A DNA stretch of 64,000 nucleotides from Octopus sinensis (taxonomy: Eukaryota), in NCBI RefSeq assembly GCF_006345805.1, contig NC_043010.1, forward strand, positions 24,180,001 through 24,244,000, written 5' to 3'. Both the position numbers and the translations under genes were made by a program. This document shows, piece after piece, positions 23,597-39,075 of the stretch. The number at the start of each line of letters is the position of its first letter. Positions within the stretch are counted from its first letter, which is position 1. The notes beneath the pieces were generated by a model. It was given only the letters and a program-made list of their open reading frames with translations, did no database searches and had not been told where the DNA came from.

Positions 23597-24785
23597 CCCA
23601 TTCTTGGATATACTAATAAAAAAAATTAACCTTAAAATAGAAACAGACATTTTTTACAAAGCCACAGACGCCATACAATACCTTCTTTTTAATTCATGCC
23701 ACCCAAGACACACTAAAACAAACATCCCCTTCAACCTTGCAAGAAGGATATGCACAATAGTGTCAGAACAAAATACCAGGAACTTTAGACTGCAAGAACT
23801 CAAAAACACCCTAATTGACAGACATTACCCAGCTCAACTCATAGAGGATGGGATCAGACGTGCAACAGAAATCAACATAGAAACTTTAAGAAAAGTTCAA
23901 CACAACAACACACCTTCCCCGAAAATACTACCTTACATATCTACATACAACCCCAGAAACAAAGAAGCCTTCACCATCATCACCCAGAATTTACCAATAC
24001 TTCATAAGGACCCCAAATTAAGGAAATTCTAAACATACACCAAATCATTAAAAGCTACAAACAACCTAAATCACTTAAAAAGATTCTCACAAAGGCAAAA
24101 TTGTTTTCTGAAATTACGGATGCAAAAGTAAAAAATGTGGTAGATCGAACTGTGCAACATGTCCAAACCTGCTAGAAGGATCAGAATTCCTCTTCAAAGA
24201 GGGACAGAATTCAAGATCAAATCTAATTTTACTTGTGCCTCTGAAAACATAATTTATGTCATAAAATGCTCGGGCTGCCACCAAGACTACGTGGGATTCA
24301 CGGGACTATCACTCAGACGTAGATGCACACTGCATCGACAACAGATTGCATTCCCAGAATACAGAATGATACCTTTTAGTGAGCACATTGAGAAATGCGC
24401 AAAGCAACTACTACCACAATTTTTAATCTTTCCATTTTACCAATGTGCTATCGGATCATCAACACAAATTAGACTAAACAAGGAAACATTCTTCATTGAA
24501 AAGTACAAGCCCAGACTTAACCATTCCAACATACTTATACAGAGAAATTCACCCCAAAGAAAAGGAAAAAAAATTTAAGCGATTATCTCCCTTACACCGG
24601 AAGAAATCACTTATTACCTCCCCTTATTTAGAACTCTTTTCAACATAAACATAACGATAACTCCTCTCAACATAAACATAACGACGTAAGAAATTTGAAA
24701 AGCTAAACGCGAAACCGGTCTTTCTTCTAAACTATGTCATTGTAGGAAAAAAATTTATAATATTCTTCAGACATATTGACTTAAA
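23593..24785 (+). mobile_element. Penelope-like element, 5'-truncated: RT thumb, GIY-YIG endonuclease and 3' repeat
   Basis: ELPFLDI...DIFYKATD..QYL.FNSCHPRHTKTNIP, CGRSNCATC linker, FTCASENIIYVIKCSGC..YVGFTG..LRRR...H, KYKPRLN. About 3 frameshifts; stop at 24578. Confidence 0.93.
24688..24726 (+). ncRNA. Minimal type I hammerhead, U3-A8 variant
   Basis: AAGAAA-U-UUGAAAA-GC UAAAC GC-GAAA-CCGG-UC-UUUCUU, 110 nt downstream of the GIY-YIG stop. Confidence 0.6.
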
Positions 24786-24943
24786 TATATATTCTTTAAC
24801 CTTTTAAAACAAGCCTTCTGTAGTTTTTTCACTTTTTACTATTTTCCATATATTCAACCACGTGCTTTCACAAACCAACATTCTTATCTATATATATATA
24901 TATATATATATCTATATATATTATATATATATATATATATAAT

Positions 24944-24987
<44 letters not shown>

Positions 24988-26154
24988 TATATATATACAC
25001 ATATATATATAAAACAAACAAACACACACACACATTTACACGCGCGGGCATGCACTCGCTACCAACAGCAAAATTTGGACATTTTCTTACTGCATTGTTA
25101 CGTAGTTATGTACAACAGTTGTAAAATGTATTTAGTGTTTTTCAAAATATTTTAACACTCGTCCATCTGTATTCAATAGAACTTCTTCCATCGTATGTAA
25201 ACTACAGCAAAATTGGTTCCTTTTTCCATAGTCTGACGTTAACGCTAAAACTATCAGCTTTTCTTTCTATTTATTTATTATTATTTCTTTTTGTTTTCTT
25301 TCTTCTCTTTCTCTTCTATTTTTCTAACACAAATTTGTTTGCAAGATAAATTAAATTTCCCTCTGAGTCGCGTAACTAATTTAAAAGCGAGATCTAATCT
25401 TCGCTCACGCGTTGTTTCCAGAGAGCAGTTTTGTGTTCCTGCTATTCGTCTAATTGTATCACTTAACAAATACATGAGTACGTATATGCCGCAGCAGCCA
25501 TGTAGATTCATATAAACACTGACACATAATGTGTCTGCATATGTATTTGTGCACATGCACGCATATAAGACAGTGTGTGTATGTGTCGCGTGCGCGCGTA
25601 GTCCACAAATTTCTACTCCAAGTCGTTTCGTTTATAGAGTCAAATTTTCTGTTTGGCACACTTTCTCTTGCCACTATATTGAGATAATAAATTTATCAGT
25701 TCCTGAATTGAATTTTTACTTCTCTGTAGCCAATTATTCACTCTAGTCCGTTGCTAACTTACAGATTATAATCTTTAGAATTGCACGTTTCGAAATAGGA
25801 AAAAAAAATAACGCACACAAAAAAATGGCACCCATTCAATAACAAATACGTGAGTATTTGTCATTTTAATGTTCATGTGATCATTTTTAGCTCACAAAAG
25901 ATAACCAATCTATTCTTTGAATGGTTATTTACTAAGATTATTGTTTCCATCTATTATAGCAGTGAAAGAGATACGTTCTGCAGAAAATATAAACAAAAAA
26001 AAAAAAAGAAAAAGCGAACGATCAAAACAAAACAAAACTATATCAATACAAGTGTAGTTATTTTGATATGACATTAGAAAACATACAGACAAAACGTAGT
26101 TCAACACAATTATACAAATACAATACATGCATCTATATATATGTGTATATATAT

Positions 26155-26197
<43 letters not shown>

Positions 26198-27437
26198 CTA
26201 TATATATGTGTGTGTGTGTTATACTGCTGATAAAGTTCCATGTTTACCATATAGTAGAGAAAGGAAAAAGAAAACAATTACCATTTCAAATTATTATCCG
26301 CTTCCGTATGGTATTAAGATTTAAAATTAAATTTGTCAAAGAAAGACAAAATGGCGACCAGTGAATTAAAATTAAGATGCTGGCTTTATAATGCTTTTCT
26401 CGCGAGTTACGAAAATAAAATTCATTGCCTTCAAAATTTCCATGCTAGGGTATTAGAATTTAAGTATTTTCGATATTTAAATACTGGCTTAACCTTTGCA
26501 TAGGGTTAGATATTAATTTAAAGCTAAAGAGGTAATTATGATGGTAGTTCAGCGTATCGTCACTTGAAACTAAGAAAATAAAACTGTCATAATACGTTTG
26601 CACGGTTAAAAATTGCAGGATACTTTGTCAAGTGATAAGTCGAATTTCCCTAAATTACCTCATTATTAGATCAATATTGACATTCGAGGAGAAGTAGAAT
26701 GTTTTAGTATCGAAGTACACCGACAGTAAAAGATTCTGAGTAAACCCTCATCCCTCGTGCTGTTATGTACAATGAAACTTTGAAGAAAGTATATCTTTTT
26801 ATAGCACGTATCTCGACAAAATCCTATGCATTACACACCACAATAAGCGGCTTGGAAACTAAACCAAAAGCGTTATTTAGTAGAGAAAGGCGTTGACAAG
26901 AGGTAATTGTGCGGCTCATAAAACTAGGAATGAAAATATACTATGAAAAATATGATTTTCAAATATTGCACAAAATTACTACAATGGAACATACAAAACG
27001 TTCACACAGAAGACTTGAACATACTCTTCCATCATCAGTTATCGTCCAAAAATCATTACTATTTCGCGCCTTTAACGATAAGATTCTTCCTTTTGATTGC
27101 ACAAACAGCAAAGAACTGCTGAGAATAGGAGAGTGAATCTAAGAGACGGTGATGTAAACAAACAAATGACACAGATCTTTGGCATATGTATATAAATGTA
27201 TATGCATACAAATAAAGGTTTTACGGCCGGATGTGAAATGACATGGAGGCAAAAAATTTGTAGAAGTGATGCTAATGGAAAATATTATATAATACACGAA
27301 AAGGAAAATAGAGGAATAGAAGGATAGAAAGTGAGTTGGAAGGCTAGAAGAAATAGAAAGAAAGGTTGAACGAAAAGTGGAAAAATAAGACGAGCCCTGA
27401 GTTGAAGTAAATGCGAAGGTCAGCGCCTAGAAAAAGA

Positions 27438-27439
<2 letters not shown>

Positions 27440-27492
<53 letters not shown>

Positions 27493-27540
27493 AATTTATA
27501 TATATATATATAAATATATAATATATATAAATATATATAT

Positions 27541-27578
<38 letters not shown>

Positions 27579-27844
27579 AATATATATATATATATATATT
27601 ATATATATACAATATATATATATATATATATAATATATATATATAACTTATAATATATATATAAATATATATTATATATATATATATATAAATATACATA
27701 TATATATTTAAATATATATATATATATATAAATATACATATATATATATAATATCATATATTATAATAAATATACATATATATATAATATATATATATAT
27801 AAATATATATATATAAATATATAAATATATATATATATATTATA

Positions 27845-27879
<35 letters not shown>

Positions 27880-27907
27880 ATATATATAAGCAATATATAT
27901 ATATATA
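27440..27907. repeat. Degenerate (TA)n tract
   Basis: Direct inspection. Confidence 0.95.
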
Positions 27908-27963
27908 GCAATTAAGGACAACTTCTTAAGAAGGAATCTCTCGAAAATATTTATGATACGTTC

Positions 27964-28012
27964 AGGCTTGCTGAAGAGTACATAAGTACGAAATCACAGG
28001 TGATACAAGTCT
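27964..28012 (+). ncRNA. Type I hammerhead ribozyme, canonical core, AUA cleavage site
   Basis: Stem I AGGCUUG/CAAGUCU, CUGAAGA, stem II GUAC-AUAA-GUAC, GAAA, stem III AUCA-CAGG-UGAU, A17 at 28005. Confidence 0.88.
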
Positions 28013-28416
28013 ATATTTTTTTTAAATGTCTTGCTTTGAAAGATTGCATTCGGTGGGATTAGTAAACTTTTGGTAGAAATGACTTTTTGTCCCTCTTAGC
28101 GTGTGCATCTATGTATAATAAGCCCTCTATACATAAATTAATATGTTCAATAAGAAAGAATTATTTTCGAAATTTTACTCTTATGAGGTTTTTCACGCTA
28201 TCTACCTGATATTTCTTATTAAGATTCCTTATTAGAAGTTGTCCTTAATTGCTAAATAATTTTATTCCGAAAAAACTTTTCTACCCAAATGCAATTCGAA
28301 GAAGCCTGCCATTTACCGGAGTTAATATATGTAAACTCTCCCATGTGCTTCGTTGACGTTGAACAGTTAGCTGCTTGGCTTCGACGAGACAGGGTCGTTT
28401 ATTTATGATATCGTTC

Positions 28417-28464
28417 AGGCTTGCTGAACAGTACATAAGTACGAATCACAGGTGATACAAGTCT
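28417..28464 (+). ncRNA. Degenerate second hammerhead copy
   Basis: Same stems, but core CUGAACA (G8>C) and GAA instead of GAAA. Confidence 0.6.
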
Positions 28465-28582
28465 ATATTTTTTAAGTCTTGCTTTGAAAGATTGCATTCG
28501 GTGGGATTAGTAAAATTTTTTTGTAGAAATGACTTTTTGTCCCTCTTAGCGTGGGCATCTATGTATAATAATGCCCTCTATA

Positions 28583-31000
<2,418 letters not shown>

Positions 31001-33834
31001 TATCTTGTCCTACATCTTGATGGCAAATTTGGAGTCCTTGGTACTACGCAGTGGCGTCCGGTTCTGGCATTTTTGTGACTCTCGATGCCAAAGTCTGGGA
31101 CAAGACCTTCCAGGATCTTCCAGATATATATTATGGCATATCTTTCTCGCCTACGCTCCAGGGAATAGAGCTTTAATCTCTTGAGTCTCTCCCAGTAGCT
31201 CATATGCTGCACAGAGGCTATCTTCTTCGTGTAGCTTCGTTGGATCGCCTCAAGTTCTGTGATCAACTTGACACTGGATGGTGACCATAGCTGAGAGCAA
31301 TAGTCAAAGTGGCTTAGGACAAGTGTCTTCCAGAGGACCATCATGGTTTCTTGTTCTCTTGTTCTAAAGGTTCTAAGAATCCAGCCAGCCAGCCGTCTAC
31401 ATTTCATTGTCAGTTTAGCAACATGTACATGAAAGGTCGCGTCATCACTCATGTGAATACCCAGGTCACGCACTGATTGTGCCTCTGGGATTGCAATCCC
31501 TCCGGGTCCAGTGTTTCATTGGGTATTGCATTTAGTTTTGCATGCTGATAGTATAAAGCTTGAAACTTTTCAGCATTGAACTGCATGCTATTCTTTTCAG
31601 CCCACTTGTATATTTCGTCCAGCTCACATTGCAGGTGCTTAGTGTCTTCAGGGTTCTGTATTGCCTGTGAAACTTTTGTATCATCTGCATAACTTGTGAT
31701 CGTGGCTCTCTGCGTGGCTGAGGGCATGTCTGAGAGGGCCATTATGAACAGTAGTGGTCCCAAAACAGTGCCCTGCGGAACACCGCTCACTATTTGCGTG
31801 CTAATGGAAGTGGCCCCATTGGCTGCTACCACCTGACTTCTATTCTTCAGAAAGTCATGAAGCCATTCTCCTAGTTTTCCAACTATGCCATGATCACGCA
31901 GTTTGTGACATATCATTCCATGATCGACTTTATCGAAGGCCTTTGCGAAGTCGAGATATATGACTTCCACATTTGAGTGGTTGAGCAGTTGTTTCAGCAC
32001 CCAGTCATAGTGCTGCAGGAGCTGAGTTAAGCAGCTTCTTCCTGGTCGGAAACCATGTTGGGTGTCAGGCAGCAAGTCATTTTCTTCAAGGAAGGTGATT
32101 AGTTTCCTTCTGACTATTCGTTCCATGACCTTGCTGATGTGTGAGGTCTGCTACCTCCTTTATGAATAGGGCATATTTTACCTTCCTTCAGTTTTCTTGG
32201 AAGTTTGCCAGCTGCAAGGAAGCTCTGAAAGAGGAACTGCAGTGGTCTTGCTAAGACTCTCTTACATACTTTTAGGAGGATTGCCGGGAATCCATCGGGG
32301 CCAATAGCTGAGTCTATTTTCATTTCATCTATAGCCTTTATTACATCGTCTCTTCCTTTATATCGATGTAATTTATCGTCGCCGCCTCTGATTCTATATC
32401 TGCAGTGGTAAAGAAGTCAGTTGGATTGCTGATTTGGAAATGCCCAAGGGGTGGGGTGAAAACACTCTTGAATTGTTCATTCAGTATTTCACTTACCCTC
32501 ATTGGTTTTCCTGTGAGTGTGCCATCCTTTTCAAGGAGTGGCCCTATCCTACAGTGCACCGTAGCTGTTTATTTGGCATACCTGTAGAAAGCTCTGGGGT
32601 TAGTTTTTATGTTGACTATAGCCCAGGCTTCTTTGTCTGCTTTTTCCTTCTCATGGGAGAGTTGCAGACAATTTTCAATTTCCAACAGTTTTATTTTCAG
32701 GCGGGACTTTTCACTGCCTTCAATTTGTTTGTTTATGCGATTTGAAATTTTTGTACGCCGTCTCATTAAAATTTTCCTCTCTCTGGGGATTTTGTTCTTG
32801 TGTACAGTGGCCTTTCTCTCTGGGACATATTTGTAGCATATGGCTTGCATCACAGACATGAATTGTTGAAGTATCATGTCGATGTCCGGCGAGGAGAGAC
32901 ATTCAGGCCAGTTTTGTTTGAGGATCTCTTTCTCAATTTGTTTCCAGTTTGCCTTATTGAAGTTTAAGCTGGAAAGATTCTGAGGGTTTCTTGTAGGCTG
33001 CATGTCCGTGCTCTCTTTTGGCCCGTACATGGTCAGCTCTACCATGTTGTGATCCGAGAGTAGTGTCGGTGTCACTTTCACATTATGGATGAGATCCATA
33101 TTATTTGTGAAGCAGAGATCCAGTGTGTTACCTGCTCTGGTTGGTTGGAATATTACTTGCTCCATGTACAGGGTGTTGATGAGGTTCAGGAGGGACCTCG
33201 CCTGTCCTCGTTCACATTTTGTCATTCCTGGGAGAGAAAGGCCCTCGGGCCATCTGACATTGGGTAGATTGAAGTCTCCCATGAGAAGTACACTTATGTG
33301 TTGTTCTAATGTGATTAGAACTTCTACTATTTTTAAAAGGCAATCCTCAAACTTGCCCATATGACTTGGGGCATCTGGAGGGCGATATGTAGCACACACA
33401 ACTACATCAAGTTGCCTTATGTGTACAATTAGTGTGTCACACACCAAGTTTGAGTGTGACAAAAGGACCTGGGGTGTGAGGTCCTCACGGATGTACATAG
33501 CAACTCCTCCATGGCTCCTTTCTTTTCTGTCGGTCCGTAGTACAACATACTGTGGTATGTGTAATTCCGCATCTGCTATGTCCGGTTTCAGATGCGTTTC
33601 CGTGAGTGCTATGCATAAGGCTTGATTGCATGCGACAAAGTCTCTCAGGAACGGGACTTTTGTCCTGTTACTGTGTGTTAGTAGTCCTCTGATGTTCAGT
33701 AGGAGCATCGAGGTGAGGTGTATGCTGTTGCCGGTGGTGTCCATCTGCTGTGGCGGTCTTGTGAACTGTGGGCAGTTCCATCTGCGTGCCTGAGCCTGAT
33801 GGAGCCAGGTTAGCTGCTGTACAATCTTTTGTGC

Positions 33835-33836
<2 letters not shown>
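31001..33836 (-). mobile_element. CR1/L2-group LINE ORF2 (APE-RT), truncated at both ends
   Basis: Uninterrupted APE (LLNIRG, LTETHL, YRPP, MGDFNLP, LDLCFTN, SDHN). RT HGFRPGRSCLTQLL, YLDFAKAFDKVDH, SGVPQGTVLGPLLF, YADDTK; C-terminal LKLYSLERRRERY. Short deletion near 32148; 3' end fused to the array at 31000/31001. Confidence 0.95.
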
Positions 33837-33927
<91 letters not shown>

Positions 33928-33928
<1 letters not shown>

Positions 33929-34139
33929 GTTATCGCCATATTAATATGGCATTCTTATAGATATAAGAATAATCGCTGCCGCTGGTCAGCTCCATGAGGC
34001 CACCGCCATCAAGATAGCTATTGATACACGATCTGTATCCATTATAACCTTCGAACAAGGGAGGTGGCCTCCTGGAGCTGACCAGCGGCAGCGATTATTC
34101 TTATATCTATAAGAATGCCATATTAATATGGCGATAACA
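33928..34139. repeat. MITE-like inverted repeat, 77-bp arms (1 mismatch), 58-bp spacer
   Basis: 33928-34004 vs 34063-34139; termini TGTTA...TAACA; no clear TSD. Confidence 0.9.
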
Positions 34140-34200
34140 TTTATTTCCAGTAAATGCTACCGTAATCTCTTTTATAGAGACTTAGTAATTTTAATATTTC

Positions 34201-34247
<47 letters not shown>

Positions 34248-34457
34248 ATACATAGTTGAAATTTATAAGAAACTAAAGGACGAAGCCAGGTACATGATAT
34301 ATTGACTCGCTCGGGAACAATGAAATGGTCTTTTACGTTTCGAGATAACGTCCTTCGACAGAAAGAAACACGAGAAAATGAGAGAGAGAATGAAAAAAAA
34401 TTGTATCTTTCAGCGGTCCAACATAGCGAATTATATATATACTTATATATAGATATA

Positions 34458-35318
34458 CACCGTGCGATGGGTAAATTGTCACCAATTTATATTTTAATTT
34501 TCGCGCACGCGCATCGTTATTTTTTTTATTTTGTCAACTACACAGTATAGCTGGGTCTGTTGGGCACCGTCTGTGAGAAAAACAGCACCATTAGGCAATT
34601 TACACTACCAGAAATTTGGAAACGAAATGCTGTACTGCTTGACATTCGCGCGGGAAGCTCCAATACGAATATTTCAGAGTGTTTGGGCGTCAATCTGATT
34701 ACAGTTCAATCTGAGAGTATGTACCGAGAGTGAAAAAATCGAACATCCAGTCAACATCATGGTGTTTGGACTGATCACTAGTAATGGCGACGTATACTTT
34801 AATTCATCTTACCACACGGCCTCACACTCAACACAGAAGCCTACATCAAGTGACTGGAGGCGTTAGTGCAGCCCCGAGTGAAGAGGACGACTGCTGGAAG
34901 TCCCTATGTCTGGCAATAAGACTCTGCGCCATGACTCTCAAGCAGGAAAACTCAATCCTGGCTATCATACAATTTCTGCAATCATATCACCCTCAACATC
35001 TAGGCATCTAACTCCCATGACTGCAACCCCCCTTGATTATTATGTGTAGGGAGTAGTTGAGCGAGAGACCAACAGAACTCCATGTAACAACAAAGATGAA
35101 CGACAAGGATTAGAGCAGCATACACCAACTTAAACAAGAGGAGAGATGTAGGAGATTCCAAAGTCGACTGGAAGCCGTGGTTGGAACCAATGGCGATTTT
35201 ATTGAATAAATTTACTCTTTCGTATTTCAAGATATTTTAAAGTAATTTTGGTAAATGAGATGCCAATGTTATTTTCATTTTTGCGTAATATAGACGGCAA
35301 ATTATTCACCGAAACCTG
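34458..35318 (+). mobile_element. Tc1/mariner DD37D (maT-type) remnant, internally deleted
   Basis: HPVNIMVFGLITSNG, WQ*DSAP...HDCNPLDY with 37 residues between the D residues after removing one extra C, RRFQSRLEAVV..NGDFIE*. Degenerate ~25-bp TIRs (about 15/25). Confidence 0.8.
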
Positions 35319-35429
35319 TGTGTGTGTGTGGTGTGTGTGTGTGTGTGTGTGTGCGTGCGTATATATATATATTATATATATATATATATATATGTATACA
35401 CGCACACACATACACACAATATATATATA

Positions 35430-35483
<54 letters not shown>

Positions 35484-35530
35484 CCCGAGAGGAATTCAAA
35501 AGATATCCGCACCTTCGCCATAACGTATCG

Positions 35531-35770
35531 TTATTATTGTCACACTACCTTCTGCACATGCGTGCTTCTTGTTGGTACAATTGTGGTCACGTGATTGACG
35601 TTTAAGCCTCCTCTTTGTTCTTCTTTGGTGCACGTTGCTAGTGGAGCGGCCATGCTTACACTGTAAAGCTAGAAAGAGAAATGGTGCGATCGGACTCAAA
35701 CTTCAATCACATGACAACAATAGTACCAACTATAAGCGTGCATGCGCAGAAGGCAGTGAGGCAATAATAA
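35531..35770. repeat. Old MITE-like element with ~73-bp imperfect TIRs
   Basis: TTATTATTGTCACACTACCTTCTGCACATGC... vs the reverse complement of ...GCATGCGCAGAAGGCAGTGAGGCAATAATAA; about 80% identity by eye. Confidence 0.75.
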
Positions 35771-36247
35771 ATATATGTTAGTGCGGATAATTTTTGTTCC
35801 CCACGTATACAGTCATTTGAAAAATGGAGAAATCAAAATGTTCCGTGTGTTGATGTGGAATAGTAGTAAAGTCGATATAGTACTGACAGGATCAGAAATC
35901 ACGATACTCTTCCATAGACAGTGGGTCGTGGACCTGCAGAGGAAAACCGTAGCCATCTCAGAGGGCAGAATTTAGATCTATAAAATCTGGGTCAGTTTTC
36001 TCTGAGATAAAACATCAGGCATCTTCATATTTTAGAGATTCGGCTAAAGAAAATAAAACTTTTCCTTCTCGCCACCCATTCTCTCTCTCTTCCTCTCCCC
36101 TCTCTCTCTCTCCCCTCTCTCTCTCTCCCCCCTCTTTCTTACACACACACACACACACACACTTATTCTTTGTCGCCCCATTTTCCCCCCTCAGTCTATC
36201 TTCACAATGTGAACTATTGTATTTCATGCTATGATTTTGTAAACATT

Positions 36248-36565
36248 GTGAAAGCGCGTGGCTTTGTAGTTAGGGTGTTCGGGTCACGATCGTAAAGTCG
36301 TGAGCTCGATTCCCGACAGCGCATTGTATCCTTGAGCAAGACACTTTATTTCACGTTGCTCCAATGAACTCAGCTGGCAAAAAACGAGCTGTACCTGTAA
36401 TTCAACGGACCAAACTTGTCACATTCTGTGTCACGCTGAATCTCCCAGGGTATACATGAATACATGTCACTGGAGTGTTCAACATCTTACTCACAAATTT
36501 CACATGCCGGTTGTTCTGTTGTTCGGATAAACTAGATCTTACGTCTTCGTAACCGACGGAGTGTC
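36248..36565 (+). mobile_element. SINE family C
   Basis: GCGCGTGGCT...GTTAG head, GAGCTCGATTCCC B box, CTTGAGCAAGACACTTTATTTCACGTTGCTCC core, tail CGTAACCGACGGAG. Confidence 0.8.
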
Positions 36566-37778
36566 TTGCAATAATGCACGTCCTGCGAATGTATACCGAC
36601 GAAGTTATACCTAAATGATTCCACTCGACAAAGATGTACCAACACGCTTTCTGATTGACTTTATGCATGCAAAATGTATGCACAGCAAGCTTCATGTTGC
36701 AACTTTGCTAAGGAAAAATCTCCATCTTAAATAAGGGTAAACTTTTGTATCCCGAGGGAATACAGATTAGTCTGGTTCTGTGTGGACTATCGCTTGTTTG
36801 CCCCTTCTCGGAAGATTAACATTCTTTAAGCGTGTGGAAAAACATATTATTAGAGGACTGTAATAGCTTCGCAGACACACAAGGTTATTTGAGTCATGTA
36901 AATAAGAGGGGAAGACAGAGATACTTTCAAATCTGATCAAATAGCTCTATATATTTCACAGATAATCCATAGATTCCAGATGTCGTAGTTTAGTTCAGTT
37001 GATATTAGGTTAGAAGAGAACCAGAACTAAGTTTGTCCACAGCTTTAGTCTACTAAACAAAAAAGGGGTAAGTACAATCAATTTATACATGTTTAAGCGG
37101 GTACTTGATCACTGGAAATTGAACGTGATATTACCGTTCCGGAAGCGACGAGATTTCCGGCTTAAAAGAGGAAGATCCCAGTCAATAAAAAATAACGGAT
37201 ACCAGTTGCAAATTTGTAAAGGTTAGTGATATTAGAAGCCATTAGTTTTCGTAAGGATATTGCGACAGAGGGTTCTAGATTAGATAAAGTAGTCGACTAG
37301 AAAAAAGTTTGCAGGAAGTTATGAGGATACGAAAGTTCTTAATATGGATTGAGTCGAAAACATGATAGCAAAGGTCAGGAAGGATCTTAGTCGTATAATG
37401 TTTTGGAAGGAGGAAGCTTTGGCAGAATGCTTTAATTTCTATTTCTGCCTTCTGCCTCGATTCGTAAACAAGGTAGACAAAGACATTCGAAATTCATGTA
37501 ACTGCTCGAATTTTGTGAATAAGGAGACATCAAAATACAGAGATTGAGAATCTTTTGAATAAACGATATTCAAAGATATCAGATGTATTCCTACATAAAC
37601 ATTGTTGTTGGATCGTGTTTTGTCGTCGTTGTTTTGGTGTTTTATTTAAGCATTTACCATTGGTCAATAGGTTTACCGTAGTTTTGAAGCGCTTACAGAA
37701 TGCATTATAATTTGGAAAAGCTGCAACACAATCATAGGTACAGCCATCCATTCTAGGAAGAAGTCATTGACAAATATT

Positions 37779-38357
37779 CTTTTCTACTCTAGGCACAAGG
37801 CCAGTCGATCAGATCGACGCCAATATGCAACTGATACTTAATTTATGGACCTCGAAATGATGAAAGGCAAAGTCGACCTCAGTGGAATTTGAACTCAGAC
37901 GTAAAGACAGTCGAAATACTCCTAAGCATTTCGCCCGGCGTACACAGGTGTCTTATTTCTTTACTGTCCACAAGGGGCTAAACATAGAGGGGGCAAACAA
38001 AGACAGACAAAGGGTTTAAGTCGATTACATCGAACCCAGTACTCAACTGGTACTTGATTTATAGACCCCGAAAGGGTGAAAGGCAAAGTCCACCTCGGCG
38101 GAATTTGAACCCAGAACGTAACGGCAGACGAAATACCTAAGGGGCTAAACACAGAGAGGACAAACAAGGACAGACAAACGGATTGAGTCGATTATATCGA
38201 CACCAGTGCGTAACTGGTACTTATTTAATCAACCCCGAAAGGATGAAAGGCAAAGTCGATCTCGGCGGAATTTGAACTCAGAACGCAACGGCAGACGAAA
38301 TACTGCTAAGCATTTCGCCCGGTGTGCTAATGTTTCTACCAGCTCGCATCATTGAAA
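37779..38357 (-). mobile_element. SINE family B, trimer with 15-bp TSD
   Basis: Three units, each with GGAATTTGAAC(T/C)CAGA. TCATTGACAAATATT at 37764-37778 and 38358-38372. Confidence 0.88.
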
Positions 38358-38794
38358 TCATTGACAAATATTTTCCTTCGATGAAATCAAACATATATAC
38401 TTTTCATTCATTTCGCTTCAAACAAATTTATTATTACGAGAATTTTCAGTTTAAGTCTTAAAAATATAAAAGAAATATAGAATGTTGATTATAGTCTCAA
38501 AAAAAACGATTTGGTTGTACATGAGTTTCAACAAATACTTTTGATTTAACCATATCTTTTTTAACGATTTCCTTTACGAAAGCAGAGCGCGAACCCGTCC
38601 TAATGACTTCCCTGACCTATTGCCATGTGATTTTCTTAGACTTTCCAGAGTATAAGACAGTTTCATTTTATCTTCCATAATATTTTAAAAGACATCATCT
38701 TCATTGCTTAGAGAAGCTCACCACACCGAGACATTCAGAGTATTAAAAAGAGAAATACATACAGTAACGTATTTTATCCAACGGTCTAATGATT

Positions 38795-39075
38795 CCGTTG
38801 CCCAGTACCATGATCTTGTATTTATTTTAGTGACCCTGGAAGGGCGAAAAGCAAAATTAATCTCGTTGTGATTTGAACTAAGTATATAAAAAGCCGGACA
38901 AAATATCACAAAGCATTTCGTCGAACGTTCTGACATTTGAATCAATCCAGATGCCTGCTCTGCTTTAACTCTGAAAGAATGAAATGTCAAACAACGGCGA
39001 TATTTGACCTCAGAAAGTAAAGAGCCAGCACTAATACCACAAGGGCTTTTGTTGAATTTCTAACGTTTCTACCAA
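38795..39075 (-). mobile_element. Degraded SINE family B fragments
   Basis: CCAGTACC...GATTTGAACT...AAGCATTTCGTCGAACGTTCT and ATTTGACCTCAGAA...TTCTACCAATTAGCCG. Confidence 0.55.
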
